Below, piece after piece: positions 38,734 to 48,200 of a DNA stretch of 64,000 nucleotides. A program made the translations under genes and the position numbers. Origin of the DNA: Candidatus Woesearchaeota archaeon UBA489 (GTDB taxonomy: Archaea > Nanobdellota > Nanobdellia > SCGC-AAA011-G17 > UBA489); NCBI GenBank assembly GCA_002505585.1, contig DAVM01000021.1, forward strand, positions 11,660 to 75,659, given 5' to 3'. The first letter of the stretch is position 1. Every line of letters starts with the position of its first letter. The notes below the pieces were generated by a model. It saw only the letters and a list, made by a program, of their open reading frames with translations, searched no databases and was not told where the DNA came from.

Positions 38734-38837
38734 TAAATGTAGACTTTATATTATATAAACTTTTCTATTTTTTGAGTGAATAATTTAAATGTAGACCTTA
38801 TATTATATAAAACTTTCTATTTTCTGCCAAAACATTT
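38734..38837. repeat. Tandem direct repeat of ~52 bp (two copies, 2 mismatches in the 38-nt core), containing a TATA-like box, upstream of the wHTH-NTase operon.
   Basis: Copy 1 is 38734-38772 taaatgtagactttatattatataaacttttctatttt. Copy 2 is 38786-38823 taaatgtagaccttatattatataaaactttctatttt. Confidence 0.6.
38746..38759 (-). promoter_or_regulatory. TATA box (within copy 1 of the tandem repeat) for the wHTH-NTase operon.
   Basis: ttatattatataaa lies 16-29 nt upstream of the minus-strand start at 38730. Duplicated at 38798-38811. Confidence 0.4.
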
Positions 38838-38927
38838 ATAAACACTCTACCTTTAAATAGAAGTCCAAATACTGAACTAATTAGTCCACAAAGCGGAGAA
38901 AACCCAACAAAAGAGACAATCTAAACA

Positions 38928-39356
38928 ATGAAAAAATACAAATTCTTACCAGACATCGCAGTAGCAGACATAGCATTTGAAGCATACGGCAAAACACTAC
39001 CAGAACTCTTTGTGCATTGTGCAGAAGCAATATTTGTAGAAATGGTAGACTTTACAACAGTAGAAGCAAAAGAAATGAAAGAATTTAGTGTAGAAGGAGA
39101 CACCATAGAACAAGCATTGTATAACTTTTTAGAAGAACTCATTTATTTGAAAGACGTAGAAGTGATGGTGTTTAAAGAATTCAAAGTACAAATAGTAGAA
39201 GGAAAACCAATAAGAGTACATGCAGAAGTTAAAGGAGAAGAAATAAATCAAAAAAAACATAAATTAGGCAACGATGTGAAAGCAGTGACCATGCACCAAT
39301 TTGAAGTGAAAAAAGAAAAAAGGCAATGGGTTGCTAGAATAATAATAGATATATAA
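38928..39356 (+). CDS. Archease (RtcB cofactor).
   Basis: N-terminal FLPDIAVADIAFEAYGKTLPELF and C-terminal KAVTMHQFEV. 142 aa. Confidence 0.8.
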   Translation: MKKYKFLPDIAVADIAFEAYGKTLPELFVHCAEAIFVEMVDFTTVEAKEMKEFSVEGDTIEQALYNFLEELIYLKDVEVMVFKEFKVQIVEGKPIRVHAEVKGEEINQKKHKLGNDVKAVTMHQFEVKKEKRQWVARIIIDI

Positions 39357-39488
39357 GAATTCTAAAGAAAATTAACAAAAGATTTATATAGTGCTTGAAA
39401 GTAAAAAAACACTCCGAAGAGGTTCTTGAGTACATAAATTAGATGAATACAACATAAAATATAGTTCTATTCTTCTAGAGACTGGACA

Positions 39489-40685
39489 ATGACGCAAAGA
39501 GAAGTATCTTATGAACAAATACATCAAAAATTTGTAGATAATGTAATAATTCCTAATAATCAATCAATAACTCCAGTAAGTGCCATTATTCCTACATATA
39601 ATCGTGCACCTCAACCTTTAGGATTAGACGCTAACCCACTAGCTTGGTGTTTAGAATCCTTATTAGCACAAGAAAATGCAAATCTTGCAGAAATTATAGT
39701 AGTAGATGATTGTTCAACAGATAATACTGAAGCAGTTTTTGAATTCTACGCAGCAGAAGCAGAAAGAAGAAGAATTAAACCAAAACTAATAAGAAATAAC
39801 AAAAATAGAGGCTCAGCTATTAGTAGAAATAAAGGAGTTCTTGCTAGTGAAAGCCCATTTATATTCTTTGGAGATGATGATTGTGTTTTTGATCCACGCA
39901 TGATTGCCGGAGCAACAATTACTTTAGAAAAATTAACAGAAGCAGCAGCAGTACTTCACCTACCTATTTATCATAGAACATCTAAACCTGAACTTGTAGA
40001 TTTAAAAAATATAGGAATGCTTGATTTAGCAAACGGAATTATGACAGGAAATTATGGAGGATTTCCAAGAGAATACTTAACAGACCCAGAAAGTTTCTTA
40101 TTAGATCCTGAATTAAAACTTTTTAGACCAATCGAGATCCAAAATTTAGGAGGAGTCTCTTTAACAAAAAAAGATGCTTTCCTTAGAGTAGGATTATTCC
40201 CAGAAAGTTTTACTTGGAGAAACTCTTATCGTGAAGAAACTTATTTATCAATGCGTTTCACAACTCAAGGATATAAATTATTCTTTACTCCTGACCCAAA
40301 ATTAGCTTCTATACATTTTAAATATGGAGCACAAGAAGAAACAGATACTATAGGGTTAGATAAAACTTTAGCTTATCGTATTAAAGAGAGTAGTATTGGA
40401 ACAGTTGACACAGGAAATAGAGTGACTTCAGAAGAATGGTTCCATAATGTTCTTCTAAGCACTTTTGTAACAATTCATAGAGAAAGTCCAGTAGCAGCAG
40501 AAAATTATGCACAAAGAATGCACAGAAAATTTGTAGTAGCAAATAACTTTGAAGTAACAGGTGTAGGTACAAAAATTGAAGATATGCCAAAGCGTAATGA
40601 AATCTATGAAAGAGCAATGTCTGATGCAAGAACTTTTGTTAAAAATGGGCATCCTATTGAAGTTTCAACACCTATTCACCAGTAA
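39489..40685 (+). CDS. Family-2 glycosyltransferase.
   Basis: AIIPTYNR ... IIVVDDCSTDNT ... FFGDDDC (DxD). Confidence 0.75.
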   Translation: MTQREVSYEQIHQKFVDNVIIPNNQSITPVSAIIPTYNRAPQPLGLDANPLAWCLESLLAQENANLAEIIVVDDCSTDNTEAVFEFYAAEAERRRIKPKLIRNNKNRGSAISRNKGVLASESPFIFFGDDDCVFDPRMIAGATITLEKLTEAAAVLHLPIYHRTSKPELVDLKNIGMLDLANGIMTGNYGGFPREYLTDPESFLLDPELKLFRPIEIQNLGGVSLTKKDAFLRVGLFPESFTWRNSYREETYLSMRFTTQGYKLFFTPDPKLASIHFKYGAQEETDTIGLDKTLAYRIKESSIGTVDTGNRVTSEEWFHNVLLSTFVTIHRESPVAAENYAQRMHRKFVVANNFEVTGVGTKIEDMPKRNEIYERAMSDARTFVKNGHPIEVSTPIHQ

Positions 40686-40738
40686 CGAAATGCTTAAAAA
40701 CAAAGTGAATCGTTAAAAAGAAAGAGGTTGAAAACTAT

Positions 40739-41371
40739 ATGATACGTTTTATCAAAGACTTTATCAAACGCATGATTACTAATATATTCAAGCAGAAAAA
40801 ACACCTTAAACTAGGATTATACGGTCCTCCAAATGCAGGAAAAACAACCCTAGCAAACAAAATTTGTAAAGACTGGCTAGGAGAAAAAATGGGAACTGTT
40901 TCTAATGTAGCTCATGAGACAAGAGAAGTACAAGTAAAAGAACAAGTACATATTAAACACAAAAATAAAGAAATGAGTTTTAACCTAGTAGACACACCAG
41001 GCATAGCAACAAAAATAGACTATGAAGATTTTATGAAACACAAAATGACTCAGAAAGTGGCGAAGCAAAGAGCAAAAGAAGCAACAAAAGGAGTTATAGA
41101 CGCAATAAGATGGTTAGATGACATGGATTGTGTTATGGTAGTATTAGACGCAACACAAAACCCTTACTCACAAGTCAACGTAACAATCATAGGAAACTTA
41201 GCAGCAAGAGACATACCAGTATTAATAGTAGGAAATAAAGTAGATAAGAAAAAAGCAAACATTAAAAAAATAGAAAGTGCATTTCCTCAATACGAAGTTG
41301 TACCAGTATCAGCAACAAAAGGGAAAAATATGGAGGAACTATACGAGTCACTCATTGGATTAATGAAATAA
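40739..41371 (+). CDS. Small P-loop GTPase (TRAFAC class).
   Basis: G1 GPPNAGKTT. G3 DTPG. G4 NKVD. G5 SATKG. Confidence 0.75.
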   Translation: MIRFIKDFIKRMITNIFKQKKHLKLGLYGPPNAGKTTLANKICKDWLGEKMGTVSNVAHETREVQVKEQVHIKHKNKEMSFNLVDTPGIATKIDYEDFMKHKMTQKVAKQRAKEATKGVIDAIRWLDDMDCVMVVLDATQNPYSQVNVTIIGNLAARDIPVLIVGNKVDKKKANIKKIESAFPQYEVVPVSATKGKNMEELYESLIGLMK

Positions 41372-41386
41372 AGAGGTGGAAAGAAC

Positions 41387-41836
41387 ATGTTAACATTACA
41401 ATTTGTGCCATACGGAGAAATAGAACACTTAAACATAGGGGAAAGAATAGATAAATTATTAGAGATAGTAAAAAAAGATAGAGTAGTCTTAATGCAAGGA
41501 AGACTCCACCCCGAAGAAGAAACACAATTAATCCAAGAAACTATGACACAAATCCATGAAGGATTTAAAGGCATAGAAATTTGCACCATCTTTCCAGAAG
41601 AAAAAGACTTACAACTCTTTAAAAGACTAAAAAAAGAAATGATGAAAGCAATAGTTGGCAATAGAGATGGCATGACCATTATAGGACCAGCAACCATAGT
41701 AAAAGAAATTAAAAGAGATCCAAACAAAATCATGTTGTTAACAAACACAAGAACACCAATTAAAAGTACTAAAAGTAGAAGTACTGCAAGAAGAAGAACA
41801 AAAAGAAAACCAGCGAGAAGACAACGGAGAAGATAA
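41387..41836 (+). CDS. DUF2073-like protein with an Arg-rich tail, GTPase-associated.
   Basis: Conserved position after the small GTPase. Basic tail RRRTKRKPARRQRRR. Assignment is from gene order. Confidence 0.45.
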   Translation: MLTLQFVPYGEIEHLNIGERIDKLLEIVKKDRVVLMQGRLHPEEETQLIQETMTQIHEGFKGIEICTIFPEEKDLQLFKRLKKEMMKAIVGNRDGMTIIGPATIVKEIKRDPNKIMLLTNTRTPIKSTKSRSTARRRTKRKPARRQRRR

Positions 41837-42211
41837 ATGCCGCACCAATGCGTAAGATGTTCAAGTATGTATGAAGATGGAGCAACAGAATTACTCCAAG
41901 GTTGTAAGTGTGGCGGAAAATTCTTTTTCTACATGAAAAAACAAGACATAAAAACTGTACAAGAAATGACAGTAAAATTAACAAAAGAAGATAAACAACA
42001 AATGGAGTCAGACGCACTGGACTTAGTTGGAGAAAAAAAACCCAGCATGCCAGTAGTATTAGACTTAGAATCCATAAGGGTATTAAAACCTGGCAAATTT
42101 GAAATAGACCTAGTAGACTTGTTTAAAGGAAAGCCGTTAGTATACAAATTAGAAGATGGTAAATACATCATAGATATTGTTTCTACCTTTAATAGCACAA
42201 AAGACAATTAG
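41837..42211 (+). CDS. Zn-ribbon protein (DUF2072-like).
   Basis: CVRCSSMY...GCKCGG Zn-ribbon at the N-terminus. Third gene of the GTPase triad. Confidence 0.55.
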   Translation: MPHQCVRCSSMYEDGATELLQGCKCGGKFFFYMKKQDIKTVQEMTVKLTKEDKQQMESDALDLVGEKKPSMPVVLDLESIRVLKPGKFEIDLVDLFKGKPLVYKLEDGKYIIDIVSTFNSTKDN

Positions 42212-42251
42212 AAATCTTTATAATGCTCTAAGAATTCTCAAAATACCTCTA

Positions 42252-42339
42252 AGGGGTCATAGCATAATCCGGTTAGTGTTGCCGGCTCCAAAAAATTTAG
42301 GAGTCACCGGTAGATCCAGGTTCGAATCCTGGTGACCCC
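42252..42339 (+). tRNA. tRNA-Trp (anticodon CCA) with a ~14-nt intron at the canonical 37/38 position.
   Basis: Acceptor GGGGTCA / TGACCCC with discriminator A. T-arm CCAGG-TTCGAAT-CCTGG. Anticodon stem GCCGG / CCGGT. Loop CTCCAAA. Intron at 42291-42304. Confidence 0.8.
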
Positions 42340-42391
42340 ATATAATCCTTCTAGAAATATTTATAAACCTACACTATTCCTTAGTAGTCCT

Positions 42392-42979
42392 ATGAAACTT
42401 ATTTGGGGGCTTATGAATTTAACTATTCTTTTAGCCCTAGCTGTACAAGCAGAACCTTTAACTTCAAAACCCATCTACAAAGTTGAGGTAAAAGAACTCT
42501 TGATAAACCACTATGATTTACAGTGTAAAGAGAGTATTACTTCAATAATCAATCTCCATAATAGAGGTAATTTAGATGCAACAGTATCAGTAGAACTAGT
42601 CAATAGTAAGCTTGGAGTAGCAGAAGTCTCTCCTAGTATTAGAATTCAAGCAGGAAGACAACAAGGCATAATTGTACCTTTCAAAATAGCAAAAGATGTA
42701 TATGGAGCTTATGAATTTGAGATTAGACTCTATACAGAAGAAGGGATCAAAAGATTGTTTCAAACTGTCCATTTTCAAGAGTGTGATAAACCAAAAATCA
42801 CTTCTTTGATTAGAGATAGTAAACCATTACAACAAACTCAACAAGAGGAAGAAGAGAAACAATCTCCTCCATTACCTTTCCATTTCTTAATAGGGATAGG
42901 TCTTTTAGGAGTGCTAGCACTACTTTCAGCACTCTTTATCATCCATTCTTCACTTCAAAAAACACAACCAGAAACATGA
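42392..42979 (+). CDS. Secreted protein with a signal peptide and a C-terminal TM anchor.
   Basis: The listed start at 42332 lies inside the tRNA, so the start is assigned to MKLIWGLMNLTILLALAVQA. C-terminal helix IGIGLLGVLALLSALFII. Confidence 0.5.
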   Translation: MKLIWGLMNLTILLALAVQAEPLTSKPIYKVEVKELLINHYDLQCKESITSIINLHNRGNLDATVSVELVNSKLGVAEVSPSIRIQAGRQQGIIVPFKIAKDVYGAYEFEIRLYTEEGIKRLFQTVHFQECDKPKITSLIRDSKPLQQTQQEEEEKQSPPLPFHFLIGIGLLGVLALLSALFIIHSSLQKTQPET

Positions 42980-43084
42980 AAACGTTACTACCGAAAGGTT
43001 TATATAGAGGTCATAACTCTTTGATAACAACAATCTTTAAATAGAAAATAAAATATATATGTTACATGGGGGCTCGAAATAACA

Positions 43085-44389
43085 ATGAAATATAAAACGT
43101 CAGGAACACTCTTATTATTCTTAATAGCATTACTAACTTTTACTGGCATTGCACAAGCAGCACCAGAATATGAAATTAAAAAAGTACTTGTAGACAATTT
43201 AGACATCACAGGTAGCTCATTCGATGTAAAAAGAGACAGTGATGTACTCATAGAAGTATGGATAGAAGGAACTGGAAACGAAACAATACCTGACGTAAGA
43301 GCAGAAGCAAAAGTATTAGGTTATGAATTTGGAGTAATTTCAGACTTAACAAACATCTTTGCAATAGAAGGTGGAAGATTATATAAAAAAACATTAAGAT
43401 TACACATACCAAAAGACATCGATGCATCTGAAGAATACACACTAAGAATCGAAGTATCAGATAAAAAAGAAGAAATTAAAAAAGAACTTAACTTCCACAT
43501 CGATGAACAAAGACACAGCTTGAACATTTTTGACATAGTACTAAACCCAAGTTCAAGAATACAAGCAGGACAAGCATTGTTCCCATCAGTAGTAGTTGAA
43601 AACTTAGGGGCAATGAAAGAAGAAAACATCAAAGTAACTGTAAGCGTTCCAGAACTAGGAATAACAGCAGTAAACTACTTAGATGAACTTATTACTCAAA
43701 GACAAGAAGAAAGAAGAACATTCAACTTAAGAGAAGAAAGCTCAGAAAGAATAGACTTCTTGCTAAGAGTACCTGAAGATACAAAAACTGGAGAATACAC
43801 ACTCAAAATAGAAGTACTCTACAACAGAGGACATAGTGTATTAAGCTCAACAAGAACCTTTGCAGTACAAGGTGTAGAAACAAAAGAAGTAGATACAGTC
43901 ATTAACATAGACAGCACTTCAAAAAGTACAGAAGCAGGAAAAGAAGTAATCTACAAAGTAATGTTTGCTAACTTAGGAACAGAAAGAGGCATATACTCAG
44001 TACAAGTGGACGGCGTAAGCTGGGCACAACACAGAGTAGAACCTGGATTTGTAACAGTAGCACCTGATGCAACAGCAGAAGCATTAATCTACATAACACC
44101 AAACAGTAATGTAGAAGCTAAAAACTATGTATCAGTAGTACGAGTAATGTTAGGAAGAGAAATCATAAACGAATTCACTCTAAACACAAACGTACAAAGT
44201 GCAACTGAAGAACAAGCAACAACAAGTGCATTAAAAACAACACTAGCAGTAGTATTTAGTGTGTTAGTAATAGCACTAATCATTTTGGGATTAGTTATAG
44301 CGTTCAGAAAAATCGGAAAATCTGATGAAGATGAACCAGTAACAAACATTCCAGAAGGACAAACATACTATTACCATCCTAGAAGGTAA
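43085..44389 (+). CDS. Cell-surface protein with a signal peptide, beta-rich ectodomain and a C-terminal TM anchor.
   Basis: Signal peptide LLLFLIALLTFTGIAQA. C-terminal LAVVFSVLVIALIILGLVIAF followed by an acidic tail. Confidence 0.6.
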   Translation: MKYKTSGTLLLFLIALLTFTGIAQAAPEYEIKKVLVDNLDITGSSFDVKRDSDVLIEVWIEGTGNETIPDVRAEAKVLGYEFGVISDLTNIFAIEGGRLYKKTLRLHIPKDIDASEEYTLRIEVSDKKEEIKKELNFHIDEQRHSLNIFDIVLNPSSRIQAGQALFPSVVVENLGAMKEENIKVTVSVPELGITAVNYLDELITQRQEERRTFNLREESSERIDFLLRVPEDTKTGEYTLKIEVLYNRGHSVLSSTRTFAVQGVETKEVDTVINIDSTSKSTEAGKEVIYKVMFANLGTERGIYSVQVDGVSWAQHRVEPGFVTVAPDATAEALIYITPNSNVEAKNYVSVVRVMLGREIINEFTLNTNVQSATEEQATTSALKTTLAVVFSVLVIALIILGLVIAFRKIGKSDEDEPVTNIPEGQTYYYHPRR

Positions 44390-44569
44390 TAGAACCCACT
44401 TTTCTTCTTATTTTCTTATTTTTTAATCCGCAATCTTTTCAGAGAATTCTGAGATAGCTTTATAAATAAGCAAGCCTTATAGCTTTTATAAGTTATTTGG
44501 GGGAATACTTACCTAGAATGAGTGCACAAACAAAACACATTAAATATTGAGAAAATAAGAAGTAAAACA

Positions 44570-44983
44570 ATGAAAAAAAGAACAATTATAGGAATTATAG
44601 CAGTTTTTGTACTTCTTTTGCTTAGTACAAGCCTTGCACAAGAAGATCTGTTACCTATGATGATTGAAGAGGAAGTACTAGAAGATAATACTAATATTCA
44701 GGAAGAACTTATTGAAGAACCAGTAGAAGAACTACAAGAACTTATTGTAGAAGAAGAGCTTCCAGAGACTAAAAAAGAAGAACCAATACAAATAGCTCCA
44801 ATTCCAATTATAACAGGAAAAGTAGTCCAACCAGAACCAAAAAATGCTGAAGAAGTATTCCTAGCAGCAATTTTAGAGCAACTAACACCAGCAGAACAAG
44901 AGAAAGTTAAAGCAAGATTAAAGCATTTTGAGAAGAGAAATCCATTAGAATATATGATGGAAATGGCATTACAAGTAAATTAA
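44570..44983 (+). CDS. Secreted acidic (Glu-rich) protein.
   Basis: Signal peptide, then a region of more than 30% Glu (EEEVLEDNTNIQEELIEEPVEELQELIVEEELPE). Confidence 0.45.
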   Translation: MKKRTIIGIIAVFVLLLLSTSLAQEDLLPMMIEEEVLEDNTNIQEELIEEPVEELQELIVEEELPETKKEEPIQIAPIPIITGKVVQPEPKNAEEVFLAAILEQLTPAEQEKVKARLKHFEKRNPLEYMMEMALQVN

Positions 44984-45113
44984 CTTACCAAAAACTTCTT
45001 TTTTTGAACCATAATATTTATAAAGTGTAGTGCAACCTTTAATGTAACTAAAAGGGGTAATTCTTACTAACAATAGTGAGAAAAAAATTAGATAAAAAGG
45101 GGTTAGAAGCTCA

Positions 45114-45287
45114 TTGTATAAAAAATACATTCTAAAAAGAGGAAAGAGAATAGGACCATATTTCTACACTAGTGCTCGCTTAAAAGATGGCAGAGTAAAA
45201 ACAGTCTACTTAGGTAGTAATGAAAAACTTGCACGTCAGAAAGAAAGAACACAACAACTCATTAAGGTGGTGAAAAGGAAAGGATGA
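45114..45287 (+). CDS. Putative small basic protein (TTG start) translationally coupled to the giant gene by an ATGA overlap.
   Basis: 57 codons, K/R-rich (LYKKYILKRGKRIGPYFY...). The stop TGA overlaps the ATG of the 2355-aa ORF. Confidence 0.3.
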   Translation: MYKKYILKRGKRIGPYFYTSARLKDGRVKTVYLGSNEKLARQKERTQQLIKVVKRKG

Positions 45288-48200
45288 AACACCAACTTAC
45301 ACTTATTGATAAAGAAAGAGAATTACGAAGCCTTATCTTACAAGCAGAAACACACAAAAAACAAATAAGAAGAGTAATCAGACAAATAACAGAACACTAT
45401 AAACACGGAAAAATAACACATGAAGAATACAAAACAAGAATACAAGAAGCATTTGGTCAACAAACACCAACAGCACTCATAAAACATTATGATACTTGTA
45501 TAAAACAATACCAACAAGAACTAAAACAAAACAAACAACTAACAACCCAACAAAAAACAAATACACCACTTTACTTAATTGCTTTCCTCTTACTCATAGG
45601 AGGAATAGTTTTCTCCAACACAGACTTCACAGGATTCTTCATAGCAGAAGGAACACCACACAAAACAACAGTAAACCTGATAACAAACGAAGACATAACA
45701 TACACCTTACCTCAACCAATAGAAGGAAAAATTACAGCATTAGCAATTAGTGGAACAATAGAAGGAGATGGAGAAGTACAAATTTATTTAGAAAATATAG
45801 ACAACCTCCTTTATGACAGTACAAAAAAAGAAGCAAAAAAAGGACTCTTTGGCAAACTCACAGGATTAGTAACTGCACCAACAAACCAAACACCCCAAAA
45901 TAAACTACAACTCTATGACGAAGATAGAAATATTCTAGAAGCAGAAGAAACAACCACAAAAACAAGCTTAGTAACAAAACCAACAACCATACTACAAATA
46001 CAAAAAATAACATTCCAAAACTTAAAAGGGAAAAAACTAGGCATTAGCACCAAAGCAAGAGGAATAGTAGCACCACAAGGAAAGAAATTCAACACTATTT
46101 ATTCCTTTGACACAACAGAACTCACCTTTGACGAAGCAACAGCACAAATTACAGCAACAGGCAACGAACTCTACAAATGTAATATCTGGGACTTTAGTCT
46201 AAGCATATGTTTAAGCACATGGGAACAATTTACAACAATTGAACAAACAAAAGCATATAAAATCACCTTACCAAAAGGAACAATAGCATTCGCAGAAGCA
46301 AATACCATAAATACAACAACTAGCAAAAAACCACAAACATTCCCACTCCAACCACTAACAGTAGCAGTTAAACAATTCAACCTAGGAGAAATAGCAAAAT
46401 TTGACATACTAGTCAAAAACACACAAAAGACCACTACACCTGCACAAGCACAAATACAATTAACAAACAACAAAACAACCATTGCAAACTTCAACAGCAC
46501 CAAAGAAAACATAACACAAAACCAACCAAAAGCACTATTAGCGTATTGGGACACAACAAACACAGAATCAGGAACTTATGAAGGAACACTTAAACTAATA
46601 GCAAATAAAGAAACTAAAGAATATCCAATCAAAGTAATAGTAACAGAAAAAACAATACACACAGAAATCATAGGCATAACAGGAAAAGTAGTTACTAAAA
46701 CACAAGAACAACCAAAGAAAAACCAAAAAAAGAAAACATTTATAGCAGAATGCAAAGATGCATGCACACTTGAAGGACTTAACAAAACACCACACAAACT
46801 TATAATTATTATCAAAGATGCACTACTCAACCTTACTAATATAGATTACACTATAAAAACAAATGGAACAAATATAACAATAAACAAAACAAAAATAAAA
46901 TTCCAATTAGACCAAAAACAACACAAGAAAAAAATAAAAAAACTCAAAATAGACAAAACAAAAATAACTCACAGAGATGAAAAGAAGAAAATACACAAAA
47001 TCCAAAGACATGCATCAAAAAACATTACAGATGGAGGCCTTGGTTGGGAAAGAGAATGCATTGATAGCATTTGCAAACACACCATCTATCAGAATGTTGA
47101 ACATTATCATAAAGAAGACAGTAATTTTGGCGCAATAAAAAACGCATTAACAGATCAAAATTGTGCAATAGACGAAGAATTATGTATTAAGAGCAAAAAA
47201 CACAAAATAAGCTTCAAAGAAAAAGCAACACAAGAAGCAACAATTAACCTAACAATAAACAATGCCACCATCTCCTTTACACCACTACAACTAAGACACA
47301 GTATGGGAGAAGAACAAACAATCCTAAGTAGTGCAAATCCAGTCACAGGAGAAGGAACAGACAATATCTTCACCTATAATAATATTTTCGGCCAAGGAAT
47401 CAATATGAAACTAACTTATTTAGCAGACCAAATAAAAGAAGAAATTATACTTACAGACAATAGTTTCCTAGGAAATATACCCCTAACAAATACAACTAAC
47501 ACAACAATAACTATAGACTATATAGTAACAAAATCACCAGAACTACAATGGAAAATAGGAAATGTAATACAAACACCACTTGCAATAGATGAACAAATAC
47601 AAACACCACAAGCACTACAACTTCAAGACACAAAAGGAACAAAATTTATCCTTCCAAAACCAATAGCATATAGTGGAAAAGAAACACAACCACTTAGTTA
47701 TAGTCTTACACAAACAGACAAACAAGAAATACTAAGTATAGAAATACCACTCACTTACTTACAAACAACACCTTATCCAATAATCATAGATCCAACAATA
47801 GTACTTGATTATGCTAGTGTTCTCTTTGACGGTTATGTAACATCTGGTATCTCAGGTGGAAGTTACACAAGAGCAAGTAGTCCGGACCCAGTCTTTGTAG
47901 GCCAAACAGATCAAGGAGGTCCATTTGATACTTACAGAGCAGACATAGACTGGGATATCTCATCAGTACCAACAAACGCATTTGTTACACAACTCACATT
48001 AGACCTCTACGTAAAACAAATAGGTAACCCAGATACCACAATTTATGTAAACCAAATGAGTGGCAACAGCACAACCTATCCAGATGATGATTCAGGAAAC
48101 ACTGATTTTTATACTGATATGCAAGACACCAATTATGCTTCTATAATGTTAGGTGGTGCACAAGCATATGAAGCAATAGATTTCACAGCAGACCAATCAT

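Noticed and set aside
42332-42391. Listed start of the 215-aa ORF at 42332.
   Set aside because: It falls inside the 3' half of tRNA-Trp. A downstream Met followed by a signal peptide is the plausible start.
44400-44520. Possible small structured RNA or palindrome in the intergenic region before the acidic secreted protein.
   Set aside because: Only short imperfect palindromic segments in AT-rich sequence. Not distinguishable from promoter or low-complexity sequence by eye.
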